Shown here: positions 27,701 through 42,700 of the stretch, in pieces
How positions within the stretch are numbered: position 1 is the first letter of the stretch
Layout of the letters: each line of letters starts with the position of its first letter
Assembly (NCBI GenBank): GCA_000934665.2
Contig: KZ538044.1
Location: forward strand, 62,001-126,000
DNA from: Catajapyx aquilonaris
Lineage: Eukaryota
Direction of reading: 5' to 3'
DNA: 64,000 nucleotides
Notes under the pieces: model-generated
The model's database searches: none
The model's input: only the letters and a program-made list of their open reading frames with translations
Told to the model about the DNA's origin: nothing
Translations under genes and position numbers: made by a program

Positions 27701-30700
27701 CTTCTACTGCCTCGTCCTTCGACACAAAAATCGATGCCTGCGATTCACAGCCTCGGAAATCATATCCTTCCCAATACGTTCTACTAAATACAGGCTTATT
27801 TAAAATTATAGGAACATTTGGCTGTCGAAATTTGGAGCGTTCAAATGACCATTTGGCGTCTACAGCTGACTGTAACATCAAATGTCAGCATTGAACCAAT
27901 TATGTCAACATGCGCTGGGGTATAGACTACAACGAAGTGTCATTTCTTGAAATTGAATGACAAGTGAGAGCTATCCTTTTTCAGCTAGAATTCTAGAGGG
28001 TCTCAGTTCCTTTCTGGAAGGAGAATGCGGTTTTTAAAGGGTCGTGCTGCCTGGAGCGATAAGGCAAGGCATTGAAGGAGGCATAGTTTGCATGTCTTGG
28101 AATGAGGAACTTTTCCCAATATTGCTCTGCTCAGACTGGATGCCATTGTGTGTGTAGGTTGCTCCCTGTTCGAATCGACGTAACAGAACCCTGCGTAAAA
28201 CCTGCCTTACTCCCTGCAGCGCCCAATCCAATAGAACTGATAGGGGGGTTGGCCGCAAATTGCGGGTTACTGAATTGATCCAGCAGAAGGGAAGAATGTT
28301 ACTTGCACGATCTAGCAACTTCAGAGCGGCGCCTTTTATCCCCAAAAATGTCAGAATTAAATTAAATTTAAAGAGTGATATCATTCAACCACTATTTAAT
28401 AGTCATTCGATCAAATTCCTTTTCTATACATTTTAAAAGCCTTATGTATAAAAATAAATACCATCCGTTCGCAAATTGCTACTGATATTAAAATGATTTA
28501 TTCCTTGTTGTATAGCAGTAGATGACTCAGTATTTATACCCAAACAAAATTAGAGGACATAATTCCTGACACCTGATCCATAAGCCTATAACCCAATTCC
28601 CGGCCTAACATATAGGAAACGGCCAGCCTGCCTAACCCCAATATGATAAATATTGCAGAATCCAAGACCTTCCAAGCGTCCCCAAGCGTCCCTTACACCT
28701 CACCACAACTACTGTACAAGGGCATCAAAAATGCCTTAAGTATTCCATAAGTTAGACGCAGCCCCTTTAATTACATTACCTGCGTGAAATGCACCTCATA
28801 AATGTGCAAATAATGCGAACTCCTCCTATACACCGTGCACTTGTAATAACAATAATAATCTATCCTGAGTGGTGCATCCGTGTAAATGCACGTGTATAGA
28901 ATTCAAGTGTCCTGGAAATGGATCTTGGCAATGCACCGTCGTAAGTAAGCTGAGTGAGTCTTCTATTGATCAGGTAGAAAAAGACGCACTGGGACCGTCC
29001 TTCAAAGACCTGGAGCAGCAGCACTACAGAGGCCCCCTTTCCTCCCTAAAACCCCTTCTTCCTTTTACCCCAATTCCGGTGTCTGTACCTATCTCCGAGT
29101 GACGACCGACGAGAATGGTGACTATTATTTACTCCTGGCGGCTTTCGTTACAAGGCGCCTCAAGTGAGCTGAATTATCCATTGCGCTCTGCTCATGTCGA
29201 GTGGAAGAGAACCTTATGCATTAGGCAAGGTCCGTCACACAACGTCTTGAGTTGCACCCTGGAGGAATCAGGCCAAATGCTTGAAGGCTCCTCTGCCAAA
29301 CTGACATCCTGGTTAGCACTTTTGCGAGATTAAAATGTAGCGTCGCCGTCGGTGCTTTAAATATTTTTCAGCCAAGATTTTGCATATGGCTGCATCGAAT
29401 ACCACGAGAAATATTCGCAAATTTTCACAAAAACACTGACAGTGAGTAACAAACGGTAGTGAAACATGTTTGTTGCCAATAAATAATATTAGCAAATTTG
29501 TCAAATTATTCATATTCTGGAAAAAGTCGAATGATGCACTGCATATATTATTTTTTTGGTTGAAACTAATATGACTTTTTTTGATTCAGCCCTGCTTTCA
29601 AATAATAAAAATGTGCGACATTTAATTTTTTCGCACTGATTCACACCTTCAATCATATTTTTGCTTTTACACTATCAGCAAAACTATAACCTTGGTCGGA
29701 TTCCAATGGTATATGTTTGAGCACAAAATCACTGGACCACCCATAATACTTCACACCACCCTGAGTTTTATGGCCCTATTTTTTTCCAAAACTCATCACA
29801 CTCATCCAAGAGACTTTCTGGCTTGTCACTCCAGAGCGTACGTAATAACAATACGGGACATTGGGATCGCAAAAGGTCTGAACAGTGTTTTCAGGCCCGA
29901 AAATCCGCCAGTGTCCTCCTTTTGATGGGCTGTGGAGTTGCGATGGATCCGGCGATCTAGTCCTGGCGGAGGGATAAATAGTTTTACAAGCCGTGAGAGG
30001 CTAATGCCGGCAGCGGGGAAATGGGATTATTTGCAGCGCGGCGGAAGAGAGAGCTAGGAAAGTAAAAAAAAAAAGGTAAAAAAAAGTCTCCTGTTGAGAA
30101 GCCCAGCCCGAGCCCAGGAACAATAAAAGGGACAGATTTGCTCCGATCTCTCAATATCGCCATGGGAATTGACTACTAAACCGGAAGGAGAAAAGGCGAG
30201 CAAATTGCACTCCGGCGACGACGTTTCCACCTTTTGTGCCCATTTTGTTCGACATTGTACGTTTTAATTTAGCGGAATTTGTGCCCAATTCCAGCCGTAC
30301 CCTTTAAGGCGAATATTTGAGGTGGAAGCACTTTTCTAGTGCGCTTGCCTGCCCATATTTCCTGCTTTGCCTGTCAAGATACCTCGGAATATTCTAGGCG
30401 ATAGAAGGCCTCAATCTGTCCTAATCTCGTGTCAAGGAGGAAGGTTTTTTTTTTGCTCCAGAAAAAGTCTGAAACTTCATACTGAAACTTGCAGACGTCT
30501 GCAATAAAATATATGTATCTAATTGAAATCGGTGGCCTTTAAAAGGGACCTAGAGGTCAGAAGATTCGCCCTCAGGTTATATAGCGTGCGTGTGAAGTAG
30601 GGGTATAAATCACATCTGATACTAAGGTCTGATTCAAGCCACTCGTTAGCCGGGGAAGCCGATTGCCATTTCACGATCTCCACTCGTTAATGGATTGCAG

Positions 30701-33700
30701 GGGTTCCCTGTATCGTGTTTCGGACTCGCAGATTGCCATCGGGGATTTTGTATTTTTTCCAAACCACTGGACTAGGCCATGCCTTTCCAACCGTGGTCAT
30801 TTTTAGGGCAGGCTTATTAAATCAGTGGCGGATGTATAACAATGGTGAAGTAACAAAGAGGCGTTGGGTTGAGAGCAATCAGATGCCAAGGGCCATTTGA
30901 CTCCCTGAGAGAGGTTTCACCTGCTGCGGTGAGACTGGTGTTTATTTTTCGCTGCACTTGTCGAATTTGCATGACACATTCCCAACCGCAGGTTTAGTGT
31001 AATCTCCCTGAAGCGGAGGGAGATAGACTTTTAGAGAGAAAAAGACTAGAGCCCCCCCCCCCCCTAAAGCTTATGGTGTTTAAAAATCCATCAAATGCGA
31101 TTGAGTGCAAGAAAGTGAATCCGACGACTGGGATTAAGTTTCTGCCTCGGGTTTAAATGGGAAAGGAATTAAGATCGTCAGTTTAGATTTAGATCGATGG
31201 GAATTTCTTGCGTCTATGAAGTTGAAATTGGACGAGTAATTCGGAACGAATGAAGGCTGTATCTGCAATGGTGCAGTGCACGAATAAGCGTGTGAATGGG
31301 GGGTTGGATGCAATCTGGTGTGTACTACACTGTTATTAAGCAATCACTATGCTAGTATGAAGAGCTCATAATTAACGATTTAAGATTCAGCTGAAATTTT
31401 TTGTGCACAGTTCGTCCATTTTCATTTTGTGCTGCAGTATTATTATTTTAAGAGTAATTTTGTGGGGTTGACATGATTTCCAATTTCAGGATAGAAAACC
31501 TACAGCATAAACGTACAAAAAGAGGGATTAATCCAGGACCACTTGGAATACAAATCGGACCCCCTGCCCCCCTCCTAACCCCCTCTTTTTTCCCTATCCT
31601 GGGCGCGATTCAACCGCAGTCATCCCCACGCTCGACTGCCTTCCAATATTCCCATTTATCACTATGCACCCGCAACTGGCAGGCCAAAAGGGGGGGGGGG
31701 GGCTATTTACAGTCAACCCAGAATATCGCGAGACCCCCCTCTGCTAATAAAATTGCATCGCAAATATTATGAAAAGGTTGCTGGAGCAATTTGCTAATTA
31801 CCCTTTTGCTCTCATAATGCGATTTGATCTCAGAAGACTATCTTTTAGAAAACATGCCCGGAAAATCTGCTTAGCGTAACAGGCAACTTCCTTCGACTTC
31901 AAAGCGCACTAATGCATTTGACGTGGAGGAAAAACATTTGATTAAATGATGTACAAAGACGATTTCTACACGCGCCTAGATCCTACTTAGTAGCTATGTA
32001 TGACATATGACAAAATAGTTGGAAGTATTAGAAAACTCCATTAGTGAGTAATGGAGGCAGGGGAAATTAAGCTGGTGACCAAAAGTGGACTGGATGGACC
32101 CTCCCCCCCCCTTGTACCCCCTCTTCTCCTGTTTTATTATGCGGCACAAAATTAGCATAGACAAGTCCGGGCTCGCACGCTTTATAACTTATGGCTGCTT
32201 CATGTCTTTTGCCAGAAATAAATGACGTCACGGTGCGTTACCTCAAATTTATATCGCCCATAACTCGCTTAGGGAGTGGAGGTTCGGAACGGGGGGAAGG
32301 GGGGAGGGCGTATTGTTGCTTTTGACACACTCTGGGGGTCATTTCTGCCAAATTTACGAATTTTCAGCTCTAATGTCGAAACGATACCAGAGCTCTCACG
32401 TACTTTTTGAGACGCTGTATACACAGAGCTCCCGTCTCTTGCAGCTGCGCCTACAGTGCAACCTGATTTTACTCCAACAAATTCAATCACGACTTGTGAA
32501 ATATTTAAAGCGCATTTTTGTGTGCAATGTAACCGGGGCATCCTACAAACATTAAAACCCAACCGAGCATGTTTTTGCAAAAGCTCAAGCTTGCAGGAGT
32601 CGCAACCGAATAATTCAGATTGTTTGCAGTATTCCTGATTTTCCACCAAATGATTGAACATCTACCCTTGAGGGATTGCATTCTGGATTACCCCTGACAC
32701 TCAGCACTCCTCTATACAAAATGTATGCATCTCCCATGCTGCAATAGACACATCCTTGATTCACTCCACAAATTCCATATTCCTGTAGTGTGGTGCACTC
32801 TCGAAAACCAAACATGATTCCTGTTACATCCTCTAGAAAGCAAGGAGTGCCGAAGCATCTCTTTAGTGTGCGAATGTGTGCTTTGCTTCTGCAGGGTGGT
32901 TTTGAGAGGGATTTTGGGTAGGAAACTGAGGAAGGAAAGCTTGAAATCTGAACACGTTCGGAGGAAAAGCAGTATTCCGGCGCGGGCAAGAGGCGTGAAG
33001 AGATGCAGGATATGAATTCATGCCGACTTTCTGCGGTTCTCTAAGATGGAAAATGCATGTAGCTACGTTTCGACCATTAATTACAACCGCCGGTGGTAGC
33101 CGGTTCATAAAGCAGGCCCCTTGCGCTAAGTTACTCCGATTTCTCACGGATCTCATTAAGGCTTATTTGTCATGAAAGGAGGGTGGAATGAAGGGCAGAG
33201 GTGTTTTGGTTGGGCTTATCCGACGGAATAAAAATGGGGGGAATAAAATAAAAAAATGGTGCTGGGGGGCACAAGTGTATGTATAAGCTCGCGTGATGCT
33301 AAAAGCCATTGCGACTCGTGTCCCCCATCATTTTTCGTTGCGCTCATCTCATCTGCTTACACTCTGAGCCTATGTGTGATGAAGTGGGGCTTTCACTTCG
33401 TTTGGAGAAAAAAAAACTGTCCCTTGAATACGTGTAACTGGAGGATTAGGTGGCAGGAACTGGGATGAAATTATGGGGAAAACAAGTCATATAATGGTAT
33501 CGCAAATGGGTTACTCAGTACTAAAAAGGTTGTCATTTTTGTGGTATCCATTACTAAGGCGGTTTTATGATCTATGTTCGCGTATTATGCTTTAAATATT
33601 CAGGTAATGGTCACTTAAACAATGCAGTAGCTTAGGTTGTATAGTTTCTAACGGGGTTGTGACGTGAATCGGTACTGAGCAATATTAAATCATATCGTAA

Positions 33701-36700
33701 CTGTAACAGGAGCTGGACTACAGTAAATGCAACATTGTACAGAAGTTATTAGTCAGTAGAGCAAAAAAATTGATTCACCTACACCTAGCTCTATATTTAA
33801 AGATAACCTGCTCCCTTTTCATTCACATAACTGAAAGAATATGACATACCGTACTTACTCTGTATAATTCTCCTAACACCCCAAGAGCCGACAACCTGAT
33901 TGAAATTTTCACAATCGACCATGTAGCCTACAATTCACAATATGGCTGTCAACGCTCTAACTAGAGTGATGAGAAAACAATAACAATTATGCAGCATATG
34001 CCACATGTAAAACTCATTTAGCTGGTAACTCGACCAATTTCTACCCATTAAAATCGAATGTCCATAAGCAATTATGGCGGCAAAGCACCTGCACCGGACA
34101 GACGCCTCATTCAGTCATAAAGTGGCAACAATGCAAATGGCTTCCCGCCGTTTTGAAGTGTGTAAAAAGAGGGGCCAGATGCAGGAGGGTCCCTGGTTTT
34201 TTCACTCGCTCCAGAATACAATGCACTCTGATTTTTATATTTTTCCCCTTCTGAGCGAGAAGGGCTGTTGTGTAATTCATCCCTGAATGTGACAAAGGGA
34301 GGCAACCCGTAATCTCCCGGGAAGATGACGTCACAATTAGGGTCAGGTCGCAGCAGCAGATGGCGCGATATCGACACTATAAGCGGAACTGACTTTTTCA
34401 CAGCTAAACATCGATTACACTGACACGACTTTTAACCTGACATTAGCTGTGCGACAAACACCCACAGAAACGGGCGCGGTATGGCCTGAAGGTAATTTGT
34501 CATTTGTTCATTATGCCAAATTGCGAAAATCAAGAGAGATGGGATGCCTCACTTAAAAGCATCAACATCTGGGCTTCCTGTCTCAAAGAGCAAGAAAGTT
34601 TTGGACGGATTGAGGACAGGAAAGTAGACGAGGTTGTTGACACAACGAGCCGAATGTCTCCGGAGGGCTAAAACCAATACCTTGAAAGCAAGACTTGTCG
34701 CCGCCACACGACATGACACAAAAGACCATGTTAGGTGGGGGACCTAGTGGAAATAATACTCACTTGGGGAACACGGAACATTAGACCTCTATGCATTGGG
34801 TAGCCTAACTGGAAACAACCAATCAAGTGTGGTTACACGCTGATTTATAGCCTACCAGTCAATAATTATCAGGCCAGTGTATGATTCAAGAAAGTCAAAC
34901 CGTACCTGCACTTTAGCATATAGTTAAAGTCTGGATCAGAATATCGGTAACTATTCTGTTCTTTTAACAGCAGGATACAACATGCAGTTGCTGCAATGTC
35001 AGTGTGAGTTGGACGCACGAGTCAAAAGCACATGTTGAGACCCCACAAGCTCCACATGCCAGCTCGTGGGAAAAATGAAAAAATCCTAGCCCCCAGTTAT
35101 ATACCCAACCATACTCATTAAACATGGATCATCTCAGCTTGGGTTCTTGATTTTCCTGCAATTAAGCTAAATCAAGACTTGTTCGTTTTTGGGAGGGCGC
35201 CTTGCTGTGAAAATGACATCCAGCAGCTCCGGGCCCGTTTGTTCAAAAACCGAGGCGAGATAAATAATGCAAAGGACAATTAAACGCGCGATGGAAGTCT
35301 TCTCAAAATGTTTTGGGGGCGAAAAAGGAAAAGCTGGGGGTAAATTAAAACCGAATCGATTCCTTGTGGCCTCCAGCCTCATTTTAATGGTTCAGGTATT
35401 TAAACCCATCCCCGAGAGATGCTAATCATGACGCGAGTAAAACCGGTCTTAAAACCTGCCGCCAGTTTATCAGAGGCTCGATTACGCTTATAAAACACAT
35501 CCATTAAACGACCGATTGTGATGACACCCGGGTTATACAAATTGGACCTCCTAATAATATACCGTGGGTAAGTGCAGGTACTCAGTGGGTGTCGCCAAAG
35601 ATGACAGTGCATCTCAGGTGCAGAAGGACCAGGCTTTTTGGCGAATGCCACCAACAGACACTCCATCTTGGCCAGGCAAAAGGGAGAGAATCGCAATCCG
35701 AATGTGGCGCCGAGCCAGCAAGCCATACCGCCAGCTTTTCGAACCTTCCTGTGTGACCTCCTTTTGCAGAAAATTTTCGCAAAAAAGCTGGCGTGGAGAC
35801 TCAGGCAGCTGGGAATGTATATTATGACTTCATATGCAGATGTTTCAAATGTTTGACATTTTCCTTGCTCGGAATGTGTACAGTGTGTTTTACATTATTT
35901 GAGGTTGCGTGCAGGGTGGGCTATGCATGCAGGATGTGTAACACACTGACTTACAGCCAGACTCCTAATTAGCTGCATGTAAGTACAAATGATGTCTATC
36001 AAAAGAAGTGGACATTATAGGCGGAACACAAGAAAAAGAAAGTCTTTTCCAATAGTATAGAAAACTTATTCACTCCTTCAACCGTAAAGGCACTTTTTTG
36101 AACCAGAAGTTTATACAAACTTATCCTCGAACCATACTGTATAGACGAATCCGACTATTTTATTGATGATAAGATCAATTTATTTATTATATTTAGAGTT
36201 ACGATGTTGTTTTTTTCCTCCCCCAATTTTCCTTGGGATGCCAATTGAAGAGCTTTTTCATGTCCCTCTGTATCTCTCTTCGCCGCCAGATAGCACGCTC
36301 ATATTCGATTTCCGTGAACATTTTGTGCAGAATAGCATCAGGCTTTGGAGGCAGAGGCGGAGTAACCTACCTGGAAAAGCGCAATTTGTAAAAGAAACAC
36401 GATTTCGTGTGAAGCGAGCCCCCCTCCTTTTTGGTCCTTTATTTTCGATTTGGCTAGCGGGAACTCACCCAAAAAAATTGGGAAGGAACGAAGAAGGCGT
36501 GGGAGAGTGGTTGTCCTTTTAGGCCTTTCAATAATCCGATACAGGTTTTTTGCACAAAATTGAGTTAAATTTTACGTACCTGTATTTAATTAATAATAAC
36601 ACCCTGGCATTCTACAGCATACATATCCTGAACATACCTTATTTTTATTTATTTTTAAAAATGTAAGCAAATACTGATTTAATTAATGACAGCCTGGGAT

Positions 36701-39700
36701 ACTATCGCACAGTATAGATATCACTTTGTGATACGATTCAATCAATATCCTGAACATCTCTATTGCAATCATGTGAATTCAGGCTCAAGTTTCAGGTGCA
36801 CTGAACCACAGCACACTCTAAGCAGGGAATAATGGAAATTGGGAATTACCATAATTTAATCAACTAGGGTCTATCGAGCTGGTTGGTCGCAAAAAAAAAT
36901 CCATCATTCAATCCTAGCTTCAAAAAAAAAACCCCGAGAAAGTCGCAATTACAATGCAGCACATTAATCTTGGCCTTGCAATTTTGGTAGGATGCGTATC
37001 CCGCCTTAATTTCCTTGAAATAGTAATTGCTGCACATGTGTTTCCCTTAATAGGGGGGGCTTTAGGATTTATAGTTATTTCATGAGGGATTATTTCCTGC
37101 CTTTGAAGTTTGTTTTACTCCCCGGCGGGGCGTACTGTAACACTGGGTGGTGGGTGGGGAGTTATTGATTGGTACTGCACATATCTACAGGAAGGAAATG
37201 TTGCTTCTCGCCGCATAGAAACTGTTGATTTTGTGCGCAAGTTGAAGGGAAAAGGCGGCCTATTAAGGGACGAATTGGAGCGAGATGAAAGGCAACGCCC
37301 GAGTAGTAATTACACACAAGTAGCTCTGGGAAAAGCTAAGACGAGGATGGTTGTAATGTCCCCTGGAATAAATTCCGTGACTGCCATATTTTTTCCAGGG
37401 GATTACCGCCTTTTTTTAACGGTTCTAATTACTTTCCCCAAACCAGCCCCGGAGAGAACAAAAAATTGCTCTGATTTGCCGTTTCACTGGAAGATATCCT
37501 GCACAACCCATATTTTACGCGGCTATAATTTCATCGCGCTTTTGTGCCGTATCGAAGCCAGATTTTGTTCGGGGCCCAGAAGGCGCGATTTGACTGGGAT
37601 ATATTTATAGGGGATGATAAAATATTAGCAAACTTGTTAGAAATAGGCTGCGTTCTAAATTAATGGGGGCTCCTAATCTGAGGTTACAATTTCTTAGTCG
37701 GTAATATTTAATGAACTGCAGAAAGTTAACAAGTTCTGGTGATAAAACCGGTAACGCATATCCACGTGCAAGACAGTATTCGGCATAACTTCATACTAAT
37801 AGTCGATTGTTTGAACGTTAATTATGTAGCCTACAGGTAGGTATATTCATAATACATAATGTGCGTGTGTTAAAATAAGCAATATTCTTTATTTGCTTTC
37901 ATACAATCGTCCCTACTTAGGTGAAGTTTTTTCTTAGGCCTAATATAATTAAGTGTTCCCATCGCCCGCCTCTTTTTTACTGTTACTGTTACAAAAGACA
38001 CTGCACAGATCTGACTCATAATAATTGCCAAAATAATGCACTTTTTCCACGTGTAACCAAAAATCATATTTTATTTTAGCATCGCATATAAATTGGTTGA
38101 ACGCATCCCTCTGAGTATTGTAATTAATGTTGGTCCTATCAAATTAATAGTACGCATATGATTTGAAATGGTTTTCAACTAGCAAATTGAATGGCATTAA
38201 TAGGCCTATTAATGGCATCCTGTATACAGTATTTCGCTCTAATTTAACAACAGAAAATTACTGTCTCTCCAGGATTTTTGTTGAAACTGTATATGTAAAG
38301 AATAGTTGTATAAAAATAATGACTGTAGGTTTTAAAATGCACGCCATATTTGATCGCTCCAGTGGTTTGCAGTGTAGCAAAAACTGGACTTTTTTCCGGC
38401 TCGCCATTTTAATGATGTGGCCACGGTTGCTGCACCGCACATTACTTTTGGGTCGGGCAGGAAATGGAGCTTGGCCCTATTTTTGGTAGCTCTTTTCTAA
38501 GTGGCCCAGAAGATGAGATACGCATGCCTCGGGGATTAAGTGTATATTTTGGGTCGCCCAGTTTGGTGGTGCAAAATGTGGTCGTGGGGGAATTGCTACC
38601 CCGCACGCGCCATCTTAAGTGCTTGGAATCCCATTTTGTTAGGACACAAAAAATTGTGGTTGACCCCAGAGTTCAACAGATGGCTCTATTTTTTACAACG
38701 ACATATACCAGCCACATGGGAGTCTTATTCTATATGTAGTTTTGAACACACAAAAAATAGTGACATGCATGTCGAAAAGTGTGTGAAGCAGGAAGTTTTG
38801 GAGAATGTGGCCGACCTTTGGGCCTATTGTGGAAAGCACTGGAGGTGAGAAATTACAAGCACCTGTGCGGGCCTCACAGATTCATCCGGATTTTGCACAA
38901 AGGAGCCGAGGACCGCCATTCCTGTTGGGTCACGCAGGTCAAAGATGGCGGCCTCGCATTAAGCCAGCCAGCAGAGAGATTGATCCGTTCAAAATATCAT
39001 GTTTGAGCATGCAATCTTGAGTTCGAGTTATGTCCGGACAATATATCTTCCGGAGCGCGTCATTTGGACAATGCTAGTGATTTTATTGAGGGGTTTGGCG
39101 CCCCCGGATATAGGACATACAAAAAAAATTTGGGGATGAAAATAGGGCGGGACTTTTTTTTTCATGCTCTGAAAGGGACTTTTGTGGCCACGTGAGCTTT
39201 ATGGACCCGGTTTGCACATGAAGTGCACGTGCACCCTGGAGAGAGGACTCCCTCCCCATGTACACATTGGATCGGGAGCGTGTCCACACCTCGCCGGTAC
39301 ACACAGTGACATTTTTCAGGGCGGGAAGGTTGTGAAGCGTGTCATTTGTTTGAAAATATCATGAAATGATACTATACTTTATTAGGCTACATGTAATGAA
39401 AAATAATTATTTAGGCTAGTACGTACGACTAAAATTCAAGTACAGTATTTGCACAGAAAATAACTGAAATGGTTATAAGAATAAAAACTGTATGATTGAG
39501 ATAAATTCGGTTATTTCAAGCAATATTTTTGTTACCTCATGAAATCTCATAAGTAGCTTCAACCAAATGCTTGGCATGACCTAAATTAGGTGAATGAAAC
39601 ATTGGTTTGTTCAATTAAATATTAATTTATTGAGTGAGATTACGGTTGTTCATATATTTATTTCAACTTCATTTTCTGTGGTAGATTTATACGTATTAAG

Positions 39701-42700
39701 GTTATGTAATAAACAAAATCAATGCCTTCATGAAATATTTCCAATGCAACTGCCAGTTTATCAATTAGCAAGAGGCTTGTGCTCCATTAATGGTTAATGA
39801 AATAGCTGTAACTCTACAGTCCAATACCTGCCCGTATACTGTATAATGGTAGGTAAATATTGGTGCAACATCCACCACATTGTGACCAATATTTTAAAAA
39901 ACACACACTGTACAAAACTGTTTCCACTGCACACGACAGGGAAAGTGGCCAGAACTGCAATACCATCATCATTTAATATGCAGTGGCGAGATGAAATCGC
40001 GATTATTATGCTGGCAACAGCGCCGGACTCATCACTTTGGAGTAGTCTACCCCTCCTATTGTAGGCGTGTGCAAGAAGGTAGGAGGCAGGGGTGCCAGCT
40101 GGGGGGACTTGTGCCCCTCTTGTGCCCCCTTAGGCATCGTGAGCACCCCCCCACGCCCTTTGTACGGCCTAATGTGGTGTGAATGGCTTCATTTTGGTCA
40201 TGGCGTCGCGGCAGATGTCAGGCTTTTACCCCGGGCAAACGCCCAAGATTCCAACTCTAAATGCTTGGCTATCAAAGTTTTGGCCTGCGCCAGTCCAATT
40301 GCGCTCTCCTTTTGTGCGAGTTGTGCCCTAATCGCCTCTTGCAACCCTCCCCCTTCCCCTATACCCCCACTGGGACGCTCTTTATTGTCACTGGTGCAGG
40401 ACAGTGGGCGGGGGTAGGGTTGGCGTTAATTGCTGATTCTTCTCTCGGGCCAAACTTTTTTTTTGTGACGACAAAATGGCAGATGTTGACCTATCTCTGC
40501 CAGGTCTAGAATGTAATGGCGATCGTTACAGAGTGTGGGACAAGTGTCGTGTTGGACACCAAGGATCAGATAGTACGACACCCTTATACGTATTGTTTGT
40601 GGCAAAAAGAGCAGTCCATATGTAGTGGACTAATTGAATATTCTATTTTGCATATCAGCAAAAGTTCAACAAATGCAAAGTGAGTTTTTCGCACTCATTG
40701 TAATTTTTTTCCATGTAATTATGAGTGAATTAATGAACAACGTGGGAAACGCCAGATTCCTCTTATTCAGTATTCTATAAAAGGAGTGTTTTTCCATTGT
40801 GTTGATGCAAAAATTTACACCACTACACATCATGACATCTGGGACCTGAAACTGCTCACCAAGGTGCACGTAATTCAAAAGCAAGTGATTATCACAAATG
40901 GTTGGAAGAAAACTGTATTAAATTCCTGATCATTAAATGTGTTGTAATGTTCATTTCTGAAACCTTCCAAAGAAGTTAACTGTAGGCTACGAAAAACTAC
41001 TGATCCACGGTCAAATATGGCAGGGGAATACTAGACTGGCGGTGACCAGAATAATCGAAAAGCTCACTTGAAAAGAAAGAAAAAAAAGTAATGTTGAAAA
41101 TTGAGGCAGTTGTCAGTTCCAATGGCGTGGCATGGGAGTCGCTCGTTTTACAACTGCTCTAACTTAAAGAATTGGGCCATTCCAGAACTTCAAGTAGCTA
41201 TCGGTGGAAGCAAGGGTGCAGCAGGATGGAGGAAGTTATCACCTCTATGAATCCAGGCATATAACGAACTCATTTTTCTTCCCTGATAAATATGCGTCCT
41301 TTCGAACACGGACTACTCATTTGCTCTGGAATCGGATGCACAAAACATTCATTAGGAAATGCGTCGGTGTAAGACTCCCTGGAGTAGTTCAATTTTTTTT
41401 CTTTACTTTTTTCTCTTTCTCTTTTTTTACCGACTGGCAGCTAGGAGGATAAATGTTCCCCAAGTCTCCAGCTGTTCTGGAAGAACGTTTGTTCCGGATC
41501 CGGATTGCAAGAAGGCGTGCTTTGCTTCCAGAGAGAGATAGAAGCAGCCCCGGGATGTCGCCACCCAGACTTTCCTGCCCAAATATTTATGATAATGTGA
41601 CAGTTATTGACACAGGAGGACACTGTATCGATTCACAGGATTCGCTTTATGTACACAGGCACCGGGAGTTAACGTAAATAAATAGAGTGAGGATATTAAG
41701 TGGTCAGACGCCTTCAGAATGATTTTCTTTGGATTTTTTTGTAGATTACGTGTCAGTGAAGCAACTGAGCAAAATAATCTATTTACTGCTCTTCCTTCAG
41801 CTCAGTCTTGAGTTAATAAACTGGCTTTGAATTAAAGTGATTTGTCTTCGAGTAAACATTTCAAAATTTATATCCTCCATCGTTAGTGTAAAACGATACA
41901 CCATTCGCATTGTAGTTATCAAAGGTATTTTGCGTACTGCCATAAGAAGCTGTCCTAGTAGGGGGGAAATGCGTCCCACTACGGACATTTCCATTGGAAC
42001 ATACTGTATACAGTACTTACATCTAAGTGTTTATGTTCATCAAACCTGCAATATTCAAATTCTAGCTTGACGTCAAGGTAGCCTAAAACGCTTAGAATTC
42101 TTATGAATTGAATTAATCCGTTAGTTTTTATTAAACTTTGTATGAAATGTGTCGTAAGTTTATAATAATCCTCTTACGCATTATACGCATATCTGCATTG
42201 CGACGTCACTTCATATCAACCTATTTCAAGGAGAAGTACATCCTCTATTGCGGAATCTTACAGGCTGACAAAACCGACAGCACACTCAACAATCAAGTGC
42301 TTTCAAGAGGAAATTCTATTACCAGTAAGAATATCAAGCAAACTGCAAAAATCCGATTACGGGTATCTCGAGAGATTTTCTGTACAAGAGAACAGAAATG
42401 CCAGACCGAAGAGATGAAAGGAAGCGGTCTAAGCTCCTTTTCCTCTGGAAGCATCTTTGGGGCGTTTAAGGTTCTCTCGAGCGAGAAAAAGAGCTATCCC
42501 CCAAATCCAAAAAGAACGCATTAGTGTATACGATGTATACACAGTTTGTCCACAATGTAAGCCTTCAGAAGAAGGCTACCCGTCGACTATAAGCATCCTT
42601 TAAGCCGGATTTATCCATCGTGTAACTTAAACTGACACTTAGCAGTAGCTCTGTTAATTGAGCCATGTAATGGTTATTATAAAGAACTCAGTTCCTGGCA

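Noticed and set aside
33633..33646. 14-nt identity to the 3' part of let-7 (TAGGTTGTATAGTT)
   Set aside because: The seed GAGGTAG is absent, the possible star arm pairs weakly across a ~50-nt loop, and no full miR-100 or miR-125 is nearby.
37110..37610. 166-aa ORF
   Set aside because: Non-ATG start, no domain, no codon bias or clear exon boundaries.
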